Assembly (NCBI GenBank): GCA_964016885.1
Contig: CAXHJY010000292.1
Location: 26,410 to 90,409 of the forward strand
DNA: 64,000 nt
Reading direction: 5' to 3'
Source of the DNA: Eledone cirrhosa
Taxonomy: Eukaryota
Shown here piece after piece: positions 14,536 through 28,301 of the stretch. The first letter of the stretch is position 1, and each line of letters begins with the position of its first letter. A model generated the notes under the pieces. That model was not told the DNA's origin. It saw nothing but the letters and a program-made list of their open reading frames with translations, and did not search any database. A program made the translations under genes and the position numbers.

Positions 14536-14661
14536 TATATGGAACTCCTTTAACCATCTTTTGATCTTATATTATGCATACTCCAGTCCCACAAACTGTA
14601 GAGTGCTTCTTATCCGATATCTGCATTGCTTTATTGTACTACAATAAAACTCACCTCCCAC

Positions 14662-14698
<37 letters not shown>

Positions 14699-14749
14699 GC
14701 ATATATATATATACATATGCATATATATACATATATATATATACATATG

Positions 14750-15861
14750 CATCATCATCAGGTTTAGCGTCCGTGTTCCACGCTTGCATGGGTTTGGACG
14801 GGGGTTTTCCCACTTGAGGCAAGAGTGATTGTCTTGCTCGCATAGGACTGTCTGGCGGGTTTTCTACAGTTGGATGCCCTTCCTAACACCAACCACATTT
14901 ACAGTGTGGGGCTGGGCGGTTTTTACCGTGTTGCCTACACGGCCACATTACAGCGTGGACTGTCTGGCGGGTTTTCTACAGCTGGATGCCCTTCCTAACA
15001 CCAACCACATTTACAGTGTGGGGCTGGGAGGTTTTTACCGTGTTGCCTACACGGCCACATTTACAGCGTGGACAGTTTGTTTTTTTTTGTCGTGACACCT
15101 ACACGATCTCATTTGTTTCGGCCTGGATGTTGTGGGACCAACATAACTTACATTGAAAGGGGCGGTGTGGATGGGGTGGAGGTGGTGGGACGGGGGTGTG
15201 CTTTGATAGAGATGCCTACTGACTGTAGTAGGTTTTTACTTTGTATTTAGGTAAGGCGGGTCTTCTCTATTACTGAGTACCGCCAAAGGTCTCGGTCCAG
15301 TGACATTGTCTTGGAGAGGTGTAAGCGTGTGAGGTCGGAATTTATCAGCTCGTCCCATGTTTTTCTGGGTCTGCCTACTCTGTGGCTACCGTCTATCTTT
15401 ATTGCCCTGCACTTTGTTATACAGCTGTCGTCTTTCATGCGCATCACGTGACCGTACCAACGTAGCCTTCTCTCGAGTAAACAACATCTGATCCCTCTTA
15501 TTTCTAATTTTTTCCTTAGTTCGTTTATGCTTTGCCGTTCAAGTATATTACTATTGCACATCCAGCGGAGCATGCAAGCTTCGTTCCTCTCTAGTCTGCG
15601 TATATCCTCTGCACACAATGCCCAGGTCTCATTGCCATGCAGCATTGCTGTTCGTATGCAGGCATCGTATAACCTGCCTTTCATTTTTAGGGAGAGCCCT
15701 CTAGCGGCTAATAGTGGTATAAGCACTCTGAACTTTTTCCATCCAGTTCTGACTCTAGCTACTGTACTTTCAGAGCACCCTCCCCCACTGCTGATTTTGT
15801 CACCCAGGTAACGGAAGCTGTCCACTATTTCTATAGAACCCTCTGCGCAGTTGAAGGAGCT
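14750..15861 (-). mobile_element. 5'-truncated RTE LINE (family B, ends IEKTRLT*)
   Basis: FRYLGD...MLHGNETW...[11 protein letters not shown]...GRPRKTW; 3' UTR with ~112 bp tandem duplication; (TGA)n tail. Confidence 0.9.
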
Positions 15862-15907
15862 AATATATATATACATACATATGCATATATATATATACAT
15901 ATATATA

Positions 15908-15938
<31 letters not shown>

Positions 15939-16054
15939 ATATGTACATATGCATATATATATACATATACATATATGTACATATATATATACATACATAC
16001 ATATGCATATACATATATATACATACATATGCATATACATATATACATATATAC

Positions 16055-16087
<33 letters not shown>

Positions 16088-16172
16088 CATATGCATATAT
16101 ATATATACATATATGTACATATATATACATACATATATATATATACATATATATACATACATATATATATAC

Positions 16173-16225
<53 letters not shown>

Positions 16226-16252
16226 CATATATATACATACATATATATATAC

Positions 16253-16289
<37 letters not shown>

Positions 16290-16380
16290 CATATATATAA
16301 ACATATATATACATACATATATATAAACATATATATACATACATATATATAAACATATATATACATACATATATATAAAC

Positions 16381-16447
<67 letters not shown>

Positions 16448-16517
16448 TATACATATATATATACATATATATACATATATATACATATATATATACATAT
16501 ATATACATACATATATA
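15862..16517. repeat. (TA)n/(TACA)n array
   Basis: Directly visible. Confidence 0.95.
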
Positions 16518-17122
16518 TGGTGGCTGCCAACTCGTTTTCGAGTACGGCCACTACTTTATATCCATGTAGGAGAACCCCTACCGATGCGCTGAACTACTGT
16601 GACTTTTTAGTCCAGCCAGCGACTTGAGAACTCTGGTACAAACACTACACTTTTGACAATTATTGACACATAGTGCTGGGCCCATGGTACCATGTGACGA
16701 CAAGTGCAGAGAGATCTCCTGATATAAATCAATGCCTGTGCCGTGAAGATTTTATAGTGAGCAAAGGCACTGCACAAAGCCAGTCCCACTCTCTTAACCA
16801 AGATGATATTTACCAAAAAGAAGAACAAGTCAACATCATTGGATACCATCAGGGTTGCAGGTGTTATATCAGAGTTTTCCTTCTCCTAGAATTCTGCCTT
16901 GACAAAGGCTAAGGGGTCATCTCTCCCGATGATTTTGGATGGCCATTGACTCTTAAGAGCTCCTTTGCCCTTTGACAGGTTTTGTTTTTAGTCCCACAGG
17001 ATGTCCAAAGTCACCCTCCTCACCAAGAAACCTTGATGGGGTTGCCAGTTTATTCGCCAACGACCCGACCATGAGACAGGTTGTACTGGGATACATGTTA
17101 CCAGTAGCACCAACTGGTGACC
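16518..17122 (-). mobile_element. ~610 bp non-autonomous RTE-derived element, copy 1
   Basis: Near-identical to copies at 27518, 44807 and 47699; flanked by TA arrays. Confidence 0.85.
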
Positions 17123-17568
17123 ATACATATATATACACATATATATACATACATATACACATATATACACATATATATACATACATATATATACACATAT
17201 ATATACATACATATATATAGACATATATATACATACATATATATAGACATATATATAGACATATATATACATACATATATATAGACATATATATACATAC
17301 ATATATATATATACATATATATACATACATATATATATACATATATATACATATATATATATACATATATATACATATATATATATATACATATATATAC
17401 ATATACATATATATACATATACATATATATACATACATATATATACATATATATACATATATATATATACACATATATATATACATATATATATACATAT
17501 ATATACATACATATATATACATATATATATACATACATATATATATATACATATATATACATACATAT

Positions 17569-17730
17569 CTAAGGCGGGTAAAATTCCCGAGATCCATGCA
17601 CGCGTTCTCTCCAGCGGTCTTTGTCCCTCATTATCGCTGCCATGTCCTGTGTCTCCAACAGACCAGTGTCTGTCCTTAGGGCATCAACATACGTTAACCT
17701 TGGTCTTCCTCTTCTAGTGTGTCCATGCAT
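17569..17730 (-). mobile_element. RTE family C 3' fragment (HGHTRRGRP...REFYPP*)
   Basis: Homologous to 7485-7643. Confidence 0.88.
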
Positions 17731-17767
17731 TGTGTGCAGAGAGAGGAATGAAGCTTGCATGCTCCGG

Positions 17768-20017
17768 CAAGAGACAGGCATGGAAAGAATGGAGAACGGG
17801 GGGAGCAGGGTACATTACATAGAGACCAAGAGGGAAGCTAGGCGACAAGTATACTTAGCTAGGAGGGAAGCAGAGGATAGGAAATTCAAGCATGTTTTGC
17901 AACGTGAGGACCAGAAACAGGAGGTATTCAAGATTGCGAAGCAGTGTGTCAGAGATAGTTGTGATGTCATTGGAGAGAAGTGTATCCGGAATGATAAAGG
18001 TGAGCTTGCCCTCACAAGTGCTGAGAAGAAAGATGCATGGAAGAGTCATTATGATAGATTACTAAATGAGGAGAATGCATGGGGAGAAGAGACCCTACCC
18101 CAAGTAGACCCTATAGAGGGACCAGCAGTACAAGTCAGCAGCAGCGTAGTAAGTAAGGCAATCAAAGATATGAAGATGGGGAAGGCAACCGGTCCATCGG
18201 CTATAGCTGCCGAGATGCTGAAGGCATCTGGGTCTGTAGGTCACACTATAACCACACGTATCGTTAACCAGGTAATACTAGAAGGTGCCATACCAAAAGA
18301 TTGGTGCAGTAGCGTCATTGTCAACTGCTACAAAGGTAAAGGCGATGCACTAGATAGAGGAAACTATAGAGGTATGAAGTTGATGGACCAGGTCATGAAA
18401 GTAACAGAAAGAGTTATAGCACAGCTGATTAGGGACCGGGTGAATATAGACGAGATGCAATTTGGGTTTGTACCAGGAAGAGGCACCACTGATGCCTCTT
18501 CCTTGTGAGGCAATTACAGGAAAAGTACCTAGCTAAATGTAAGCCACTCTACTTGGCATTTGTCGACCTTGCGAAAGCCTTTGACAGAGTTCCACGTGCT
18601 GTAATCTGGTGGGCTCCTAGAAAACTAGGAGTAGATGAATGGCTTGTGAAAGCGGTACAAGCCATGTATAGGGGAGCAGTCAGCAAAGTTAGGATTAGCA
18701 ATGAGTATAGCGATGAATTTAGCGTACAGGTTGGGGTCCACCAGGGCTCTGTTCTTAGCCCCTCCTGTTCATCATAGTCCTGCAGTCAATAACGGAGGAG
18801 TTTAAGACCGGATGCCCATGGGAACTCCTGTATGCTGATGACCTCGCACTCATAGCTGAATCTATGGTAGAACTAGAGAAGAAATTCCAAACTTGGAAGC
18901 AGGGACTAGAAAGAAAGGGTCTCAAAGTCAACATGACAAAGACTAAGGTCCTTGTAAGTAGACGAGAAAACAAATGCAAACAATAGGTTCACAAGAGATG
19001 TAGCGGGATCTCAGGAAGCTTAATTAAGAATGTGGGATTCACATGCAGCAGCTGTGCTGAGACAGCACGCAGCAAACAGCCACAGGAAACAAGTACCACC
19101 AATCTCTGGGAGGGCTCTGTAGAAACAGTAGACAGCTTCTGCTACCTAGGTGACCGAATTAGCAGCGGAGGTGGGTGTTCAGAAAGTACAATAACTAGGG
19201 TAAGAACGGGATCGAAGAAGTTTAGGGAACTACTACCACTGCTAGCTGCAAAAGGCTTCTCCCTCAGAATGAAAGGCAGACTGTATGATGCGTGTATCCG
19301 AACTGCGATGTTGCATGGTAGTGAGACCTGGACGCTGAAGGTGGAAGACTTACGTAGATTAGAGAGAAACGAAGCCTGCATGCTCCGATGGATGTGTAAC
19401 AGTAATATACATGAACGACAAAGCATAAATGAATTGAGAGAGAGACTGAGCATAAGAGGAGTCAAATGCTGTGTGCAGGAGAGGCGGTTGCGCTGGTATG
19501 GACATGTGATGCGTATGAAGGATGACAGCTGCATAAAAAGGTGCAGAGTACTAGAAGTTGATGGAAACCGCGGAGTGGGGAGACCCAAGATGACCTGGGA
19601 TGAGGTGATAAAAGCCGACCTTACCCAATTACACCTCTCAAAGGCAATGACACATGACCGTGACTTCTGGCGTCACGCAGTAATACAGAGTACCCGACCT
19701 CCCATGGGTACAAGCTGAAGCATATAGACAATATGCCCCAACACCCCTCACCGCAAGGTGGTCGTGGAGGTGCCACGGCAAAAAAGCACCCAGCCCACAC
19801 TGTAAAGTGGACGTGTAGGCGCCACGAAAAAGCAGGCAGCACTCACTGTAAATGAGGTTGGTGTTAGGAAGGGCATCCAGCTGTAGAAATCAAGCCAAAT
19901 CAGTTCCTGTATGAGCAAGGCATGGTCAGCCAACCAGACACTGCCCACAACAGGACAACCCGTCTAACCCATGCTAGCGTGGAAGAACGGACGTAAAACG
20001 GTGATGATGATGATGAT
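17768..20017 (+). mobile_element. 5'-truncated, frameshifted RTE LINE (family A)
   Basis: Highly similar to 20292-22626; frameshifts near 18495 and 18760; 78 bp deletion near 18972; YADD; (TGA)n tail. Confidence 0.92.
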
Positions 20018-20111
20018 ACATATATATATATATATATATACATACACATATATATATATACATATACATATATATATACATATATATATATACATATACA
20101 TATATATATAC

Positions 20112-20142
<31 letters not shown>

Positions 20143-20215
20143 CATACACATATATATATATACATATACATATATATATACATATATATATATACATATA
20201 TATATATACATATAC

Positions 20216-20291
<76 letters not shown>

Positions 20292-20293
<2 letters not shown>

Positions 20294-23190
20294 CATCATC
20301 ATCATCATCATCACCGTTTTACGTCCGTTCTTCCACGCTAGCATGGGTTAGACGGGTTGTCCTGTTGTGGGCAGTGTCTGGTCGGCTGACCATGCCTTGC
20401 TCATACAGGAACTGATCTGGCTTGATTTCTACAGCTGGATGCCCTTCCTAACACCAACCTCATTTACAGTGAGTGCTGGGTGCTTTTTCGTGGCGCCTAC
20501 ACGTCCACTTTACAGTGTGGGCTGGGTGCTTTTTTGCCGTGGCACCTCCACGACCACCTTGCGGTGGGGGGGGGGGGGGCATATTGTTTATATGCTTCAG
20601 CATGTACCCATGGGAGGTCGGGTACCCTGTATTACTGCGTGACGCCAGAAGTCACGGTCGTGTGTCATTGACTTTGAGAGGTGTAGTTGGGTAAGGTCGG
20701 CTTTTATCACCTCATCCCAAGTCATCTTGGGTCTCCCCACTCCGCGGTTTCCATCAACTTCTAGTGCTCTGCACCTTTTTATGCAGCTGTCATCCTTCAT
20801 ACGCATCACATGTCCATACCAGCGTAACCGCCTCTCCTGCACGCAGCATTTGATTCCTCTTATGCTCAGTCTCTCTCTCAATTCATTTATGCTTTGTCGT
20901 TCACGTATATTACTGTTACACATCCATCGGAGCATGCAGGCTTCGTTTCTCTCTAATCTACGTAGGTCTTCCACCTTCAGCGCCCAGGTCTCACTACCAT
21001 GCAACATCGCTGTTCGGATACACGCATCATACAGTCTGCCTTTCATTCTGAGGGAGAAGCCTTTTGCAGCTAGCAGTGGTAGTAGTTCCCTAAACTTCTT
21101 CCATCCCGTTCTTACCCTAGTTATTGTACTTTCTGAGCACCCACCTCCGTTGCTAATTCGGTCACCTAGGTAGCAGAAGCTGTCTACTGTTTCTACAGGG
21201 CCCTCCCAGAGATTGGTGGTACTTGTTTCCTGTGGCTGTTTGCTTGCTGTTTCAGCACAGCTGCTGCATGTGAATCCTACATTCTTAATTAAGCTTCCTG
21301 AGATCCCGGTACATCTCTTGTGTACCCATTGTTTGCATTTGGGGCAAAGAATGGAGTTCCTACCTACACCTTTCCTACATACTGAGCAAGGCCATTTCCC
21401 TGAGGGGATCTGGGTTCTGTTTTCTCGTCTACTTATAAGGACCTTAGTCTTTGTCATGTTGACTTTGAGGCCCTTTCTCTCTAGTCCCTGCTTCCAGGTT
21501 TGGAATTTATTCTCTAGTTCTACCATAGATTCAGCTATGAGTGCGAGGTCATCAGCATACAGGAGTTCCCATGGGCATCCGGTCTTAAACTCCTCCGTTA
21601 TTGCCTGCAGGACTATGATGAACAGGAGAGGGCTAAGAACAGAGCCCTGGTGGACCCCAACCTGTACGCTAAATTCCTCGCTATACTCATTGCCAATCCT
21701 AACTTTGCTGACTGCTCCCCTATACATGGCTTGTACCGCTTTCACAAGCCATTCATCTACTCCTAGTTTTCTAGGAGCCCACCAGATTACTGCACGTGGA
21801 ACTCTGTCAAAGGCTTTCTCAAGGTCGACAAATGCCAAGTAGAGTGGCTTACTTTTAGCTAGGTACTTTTCCTGTAATTGCCTCACAAGGAAGAGCGCAT
21901 CAGTGGTGCCTTTCCCTGGAACAAACCCAAATTGCATCTCGTCTATATTCACCCGGTCCCTAATCAGCTGTGCTATAACTCTTTCTGTTACTTTCATGAC
22001 CTGGTCCATCAACTTTATACCTCTATAGTTTCCTCTATCTAGTGCATCGCCTTTACCTTTGTAGCAGTTGACAATGATGCTACTGCACCAATCTTTTGGT
22101 ATGGCCCCCTCTAGTATTACCTGGTTAACGATACGTGTGGTTATAGTGTGACCTACAGACCCAGATGCCTTCAGCATCTCGGCAGCTATACCCGATGGAC
22201 CGGTTGCCTTCCCTATCTTCATATCTCTGATTGCCTTACTTACTACGCTGCCGCTGACTTGTACTGCTGGTCCCTCTATAGGGTCTACGTGGAGTAGGGT
22301 CTCTTCTTCCCATGCATTCTCCTCATTTAGTAATCTATCATAATGACTCTTCCATGCATCTTTCTTCTCAGCACTTGTGAGGGCAAGCTCACCTTTATCA
22401 TTCCGGATACACTTCTCTCCAATGACATCACAACTATCTCTGACACACTGCCTCGCAATCTTGAATACCTCCTGTTTCTGGTCCTCACGTTGTAAAACAT
22501 GCTTGAATTTTCTATCCTCTGCTTCCCTCCTAGCTAAGTATACTTGTCGCCTAGCTTCCCTCTTGGTCTCTATGTAATGTACCCTGCTCCCCCCGTTCTT
22601 CCATTCTTTCCATGCCTGTCTCTTGGCCTTGACTGCTTCATCTACCTTATTGTTCCACCACCAAGTCACTCTCCTCCTGCTTGAGGTCTTACTCCAGCCA
22701 CAAACCTCATCCGTCGCCTCTAGTAAGTTATTTTTTAGGAACTCCCAGTTCTCTTCTACGTTAAATGTCTCTATCTGTTCTTCTTTACTGTCGTAGGCGT
22801 TGAGTAAAATATCTTTAAATCTGTTACTGGTTGAGGGGACTTTCAGCTTCCAGATCTTTCTTCTCCAGGTTGGCCTCTGTTTCAGGGCTCGTCTAGTTCT
22901 GACCGTGAGGTCGCTGACAACTAAGCTATGTTGGGATGTACATTCCTCACTAGGGAAGGCTTTTGTGTTTACGACCGTCCATCTGTCACGTCCTCTGATG
23001 AGGATAAAATCTAACTGACTAGAGTGCTCCCCTGATCTATAGGTGATCAGGTGGTTGTCGGGTTTTTTAAAGTTTGTGTTACATATCGACATGTCATTGG
23101 CGTCGCAGAATTCTAGAAGTCTGAATCCTTCCTCATTCCTTGTGCCAACTCCATGGCCTCCATGTACTCTATTGAAGCCGTCGCAGTGTT
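20292..23190 (-). mobile_element. 5'-truncated RTE LINE (family A) with uninterrupted remaining ORF
   Basis: Partial APE (SQLDFILI, SQHSLV), RT (YKGKGD..NYRGI, FVDLEKAFD, VHQGSVLSP, YADD), PHD-like finger, 3' UTR, (TGA)n tail. Confidence 0.93.
20597..23092 (-). CDS. RTE ORF: partial AP endonuclease + RT + C4HC3 PHD-like finger
   Basis: 831 aa ORF with the motifs above; frame continues upstream to the junction at ~23190. Confidence 0.9.
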   Translation of the reverse strand: MSICNTNFKKPDNHLITYRSGEHSSQLDFILIRGRDRWTVVNTKAFPSEECTSQHSLVVSDLTVRTRRALKQRPTWRRKIWKLKVPSTSNRFKDILLNAYDSKEEQIETFNVEENWEFLKNNLLEATDEVCGWSKTSSRRRVTWWWNNKVDEAVKAKRQAWKEWKNGGSRVHYIETKREARRQVYLARREAEDRKFKHVLQREDQKQEVFKIARQCVRDSCDVIGEKCIRNDKGELALTSAEKKDAWKSHYDRLLNEENAWEEETLLHVDPIEGPAVQVSGSVVSKAIRDMKIGKATGPSGIAAEMLKASGSVGHTITTRIVNQVILEGAIPKDWCSSIIVNCYKGKGDALDRGNYRGIKLMDQVMKVTERVIAQLIRDRVNIDEMQFGFVPGKGTTDALFLVRQLQEKYLAKSKPLYLAFVDLEKAFDRVPRAVIWWAPRKLGVDEWLVKAVQAMYRGAVSKVRIGNEYSEEFSVQVGVHQGSVLSPLLFIIVLQAITEEFKTGCPWELLYADDLALIAESMVELENKFQTWKQGLERKGLKVNMTKTKVLISRRENRTQIPSGKWPCSVCRKGVGRNSILCPKCKQWVHKRCTGISGSLIKNVGFTCSSCAETASKQPQETSTTNLWEGPVETVDSFCYLGDRISNGGGCSESTITRVRTGWKKFRELLPLLAAKGFSLRMKGRLYDACIRTAMLHGSETWALKVEDLRRLERNEACMLRWMCNSNIRERQSINELRERLSIRGIKCCVQERRLRWYGHVMRMKDDSCIKRCRALEVDGNRGVGRPKMTWDEVIKADLTQLHLSKSMTHDRDFWRHAVIQGTRPPMGTC

Positions 23191-23492
23191 GGGGAGGGTC
23201 ATATTTGTGTAATATTGCCAGAATTAATAACAGAACACACTCACTGTTTGGTTGGTTTTCGCTTCTCGCTGTCTTTTATATATATATATCTGCGATCTAA
23301 CTTACTCGGTCCTCAATGTTGCCATTGACTGACCGGCGGTCAAAAATAATACAGATACAATATAGACAAACACATATATATATAGTTTACATAATTTACA
23401 TAAATCTTTCGTTGCACATCTGCAACATCGTCAGTGGTGTTATATTCATTGTTCCTCCTGTTGTGTTGTATGTCTACGCCATTTTTTTTGTG
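23189..23492 (-). mobile_element. Pseudo-LTR fragment of the Neptune-like PLE, fused to the RTE 5' end
   Basis: Near-identical to 56935-57228. Confidence 0.85.
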
Positions 23493-23499
23493 TTCCAAA

Positions 23500-23557
23500 A
23501 TATACATATACATATACATATATACATATATATATATACATATATACATATATACAT

Positions 23558-23595
<38 letters not shown>

Positions 23596-23647
23596 ATATA
23601 TATATTTATATATACATATATATATATACATATATATATATACATAT

Positions 23648-23685
<38 letters not shown>

Positions 23686-24155
23686 ATATATATATTTATA
23701 TATACATATATATATATATTTATATATACATATATATATATACATATATATATATACATATATATATATATTTATATATACATATATATATATACATATA
23801 TATATATACATATATATATATATACATACATATATATATATACATACATATATATATATACATATATATATATACATATATATATATACATATATACATA
23901 TATATATATACAAATACATATATATACATATATATACATACATATATATACATATACATATATATATACATATATATACATATACATATATATACATATA
24001 CATATATATATACATATATATACATATACATATATATACATATATATACATATATATACATATACATACATATATATACATATACATATATATACATATA
24101 CATACATATATATACATATATATACATATACATATATATACATATATACATATAC

Positions 24156-24224
<69 letters not shown>

Positions 24225-24225
24225 C

Positions 24226-24257
<32 letters not shown>

Positions 24258-24523
24258 ATATATATATATGCATATACATATATATATATAAAGAATCTTG
24301 CTAAACAAATTCAGAAACGAAATATATATATATACATATATATTTACATATATATACATATATATATACATATATATACATATATATATACATATATATA
24401 CATATATATATATACATATATATACATATATATATATACATATATATACATATATATATATACATATATATACATATATATATATACATATATATACATA
24501 TATATATATACATATATATACAC
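23500..24523. repeat. (TA)n/(TACA)n array
   Basis: Directly visible; interrupted by a ~35 bp island at 24288-24322. Confidence 0.95.
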
Positions 24524-25849
24524 ATTTTATCTGTGATCTTAAGGGAGCTAATATACCATATAGCCTTAATTGGCGTTTAGTAGCACGCTCTAACCACCTT
24601 TCTACACATACTAAGTTTTATAATCTCTGATCCTCGAGACACACTCTATAATCTTCTCTAGCGCATCTTTACTTAATAGAAAGTCTGAGATATTCTCTTC
24701 TTGCCCCCACGCTATTTCTAATTCATACTTTTATTATAAACCTAAACGTTCTAGTGGTACAAATTGTACCCATTAGCTGATATATTCCATTATTTATTTT
24801 TTAGTTTAGGTTCTTTTGTTTGCCAACATTATTATTATCATCATTATTATCATTGGTTTTTGATGACTCTTTATTCTAGCTCTCATAATCTTTTGGCTAC
24901 TGTACCATATCTATCTTCTTACGCATTAAATTTTCACTATTACACCTTATGAATGTATATAAGATTATATATTTTACGCTATTTATTTTATTTTATTCTT
25001 ATTTTTATTTTTATTCGGATTCTTCTTTGGAACCCCCTCCCCCTCCCCCCCCATGCGCACATAAACTTATTGTCAACCCCTCCAAATTGACTATGATTAT
25101 ATCTAACCCCCCCTCTTTTACGCTCCTTTCTATTATGTAATATAGTATATCGACTATATTTTATGCCCCTTTGCATCCTCCATATATTTCTTCATTTCTG
25201 TCCCTATTAGCCTACCTTAATTCTGCTTAAGTCAGTTTTTTAGATATCGTTATGTATATGATAATAACAAATTTTCATTCCTTTTTGTAAACATTTGTAA
25301 CGAAATATTAACGTTTATAAACTTTAATGACTTAAACTATAGCTAATATTATACTGCCTTATTGGATATTCTAAATATTTTTAATATTAATTTATCAAAT
25401 AGGGTTTTCGAGTCATTTGCAGGGGTTGTTTCCTTAGTTTTTACTTAACTACTTAACTGCATGTGAGACCTAAATGTATACGTTTGTTTTTGTTTTTTAA
25501 TTTCCGGTTGATTCTATTTATTTATTTTATTCTATATGTTATAGTTTATATTTTATTTGTAATACTACTGTGCATTATATTGACTGTCTGGCACTTACTC
25601 ACTCATCCATATACATATCTGTTCACCAACCTTGTAATTATAAGTAATTATATATTATATTGTGTTAATTTATTTTATATAATATATTATATTATATTGT
25701 ATTTTTTATTGTAATATTGATCCTTATTACTTACCGTTAATTATATGTAAGATTATGATATGTTAAACTTTATATATCATGTAAGATGTTTGTACTTTTG
25801 TACCATCAACATTTTTTGGGGGGTATTGTACAATTTATTTTTCCTCACA

Positions 25850-25850
<1 letters not shown>
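24524..25850 (+). mobile_element. Degenerate 5'-truncated PLE (GIY-YIG C-terminus + AT-rich 3' region)
   Basis: [22 protein letters not shown]...FYNL then, after a frameshift, LETHSIIFSSASLLNRKSEIFSSCPH; aligns with LIWSLKDKNIKYNIFWK...CNLCLNEKFTII...INRRSDLFSICLH of the 8820/11588 ORFs. Confidence 0.75.
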
Positions 25851-27517
<1,667 letters not shown>

Positions 27518-28127
27518 TGGTGGCTGCCAACTCGTTTTCGAGTACGGCCACTACTTTATATCCATGTAGGAGAACCCCTACCGATGCGCTGAACGAGTGT
27601 GACTTTTGAGTCCAGCCAGCGACTTGAAAACTCTGGTACAAACACTACACTTGTGACAATTATTGACACATAGTGCTGGGCCCATGGTACCATGTGATGA
27701 CAAGTGCAGAGAGATCTCCAGATATAAAGCAATGCCTGTGCTGTGAAGCTTTTATAGTGAGCAAAGGCACTGCACAAAGCCAGTCCCACTCTCTTAACCA
27801 AGATGATATTTACCAAAAAGAAGAACAAGTCAACATCATTGGATACCATCAGGGTTGCAGGTGTTATATCAGAGTTTTCCTTCTCTTAGAATTCTGCCTT
27901 GACAAAGGCTAAGGGGTCATCTCTCCCAGTGATTTCGGATGGCCATTGACTCTTAAGAGCTCCTTTGCCCTTCGACAGGTTTTGTTTTTAGTCCTGCAGG
28001 ATGTCCAAAGTCACCCTCCTCACCAAGAAACCTTGGTGGGGTTGCCAGTTTAGTCGCCAACGACCCGACCATGAGACAGGTTGTACTGGGATACATGTTA
28101 CCAGTAGCACCAAGTGGTGACCTGACA
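27518..28127 (-). mobile_element. ~610 bp non-autonomous RTE-derived element, copy 2
   Basis: Near-identical to the other three copies. Confidence 0.85.
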
Positions 28128-28140
28128 TATATATATATAC

Positions 28141-28195
<55 letters not shown>

Positions 28196-28217
28196 CATAC
28201 ATACATACATACATACA

Positions 28218-28249
<32 letters not shown>

Positions 28250-28250
28250 C

Positions 28251-28300
<50 letters not shown>

Positions 28301-28301
<1 letters not shown>

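Larger units (their letters stand above)
7743..14662. mobile_element. Penelope-like element, head-to-head inverted insertion (possibly Hydra clade)
   Basis: Two near-identical arms (7743-10731 minus, 11581-14570 plus), each with RT+GIY-YIG ORF, ~1 kb 3' region and hammerhead; TA arrays on both sides. Confidence 0.92.

Noticed and set aside
16607-16912. Recurrent 79-80 aa ORFs in the 610 bp element
   Set aside because: Conserved only because the copies are recent; no recognisable domain; overlapping on both strands
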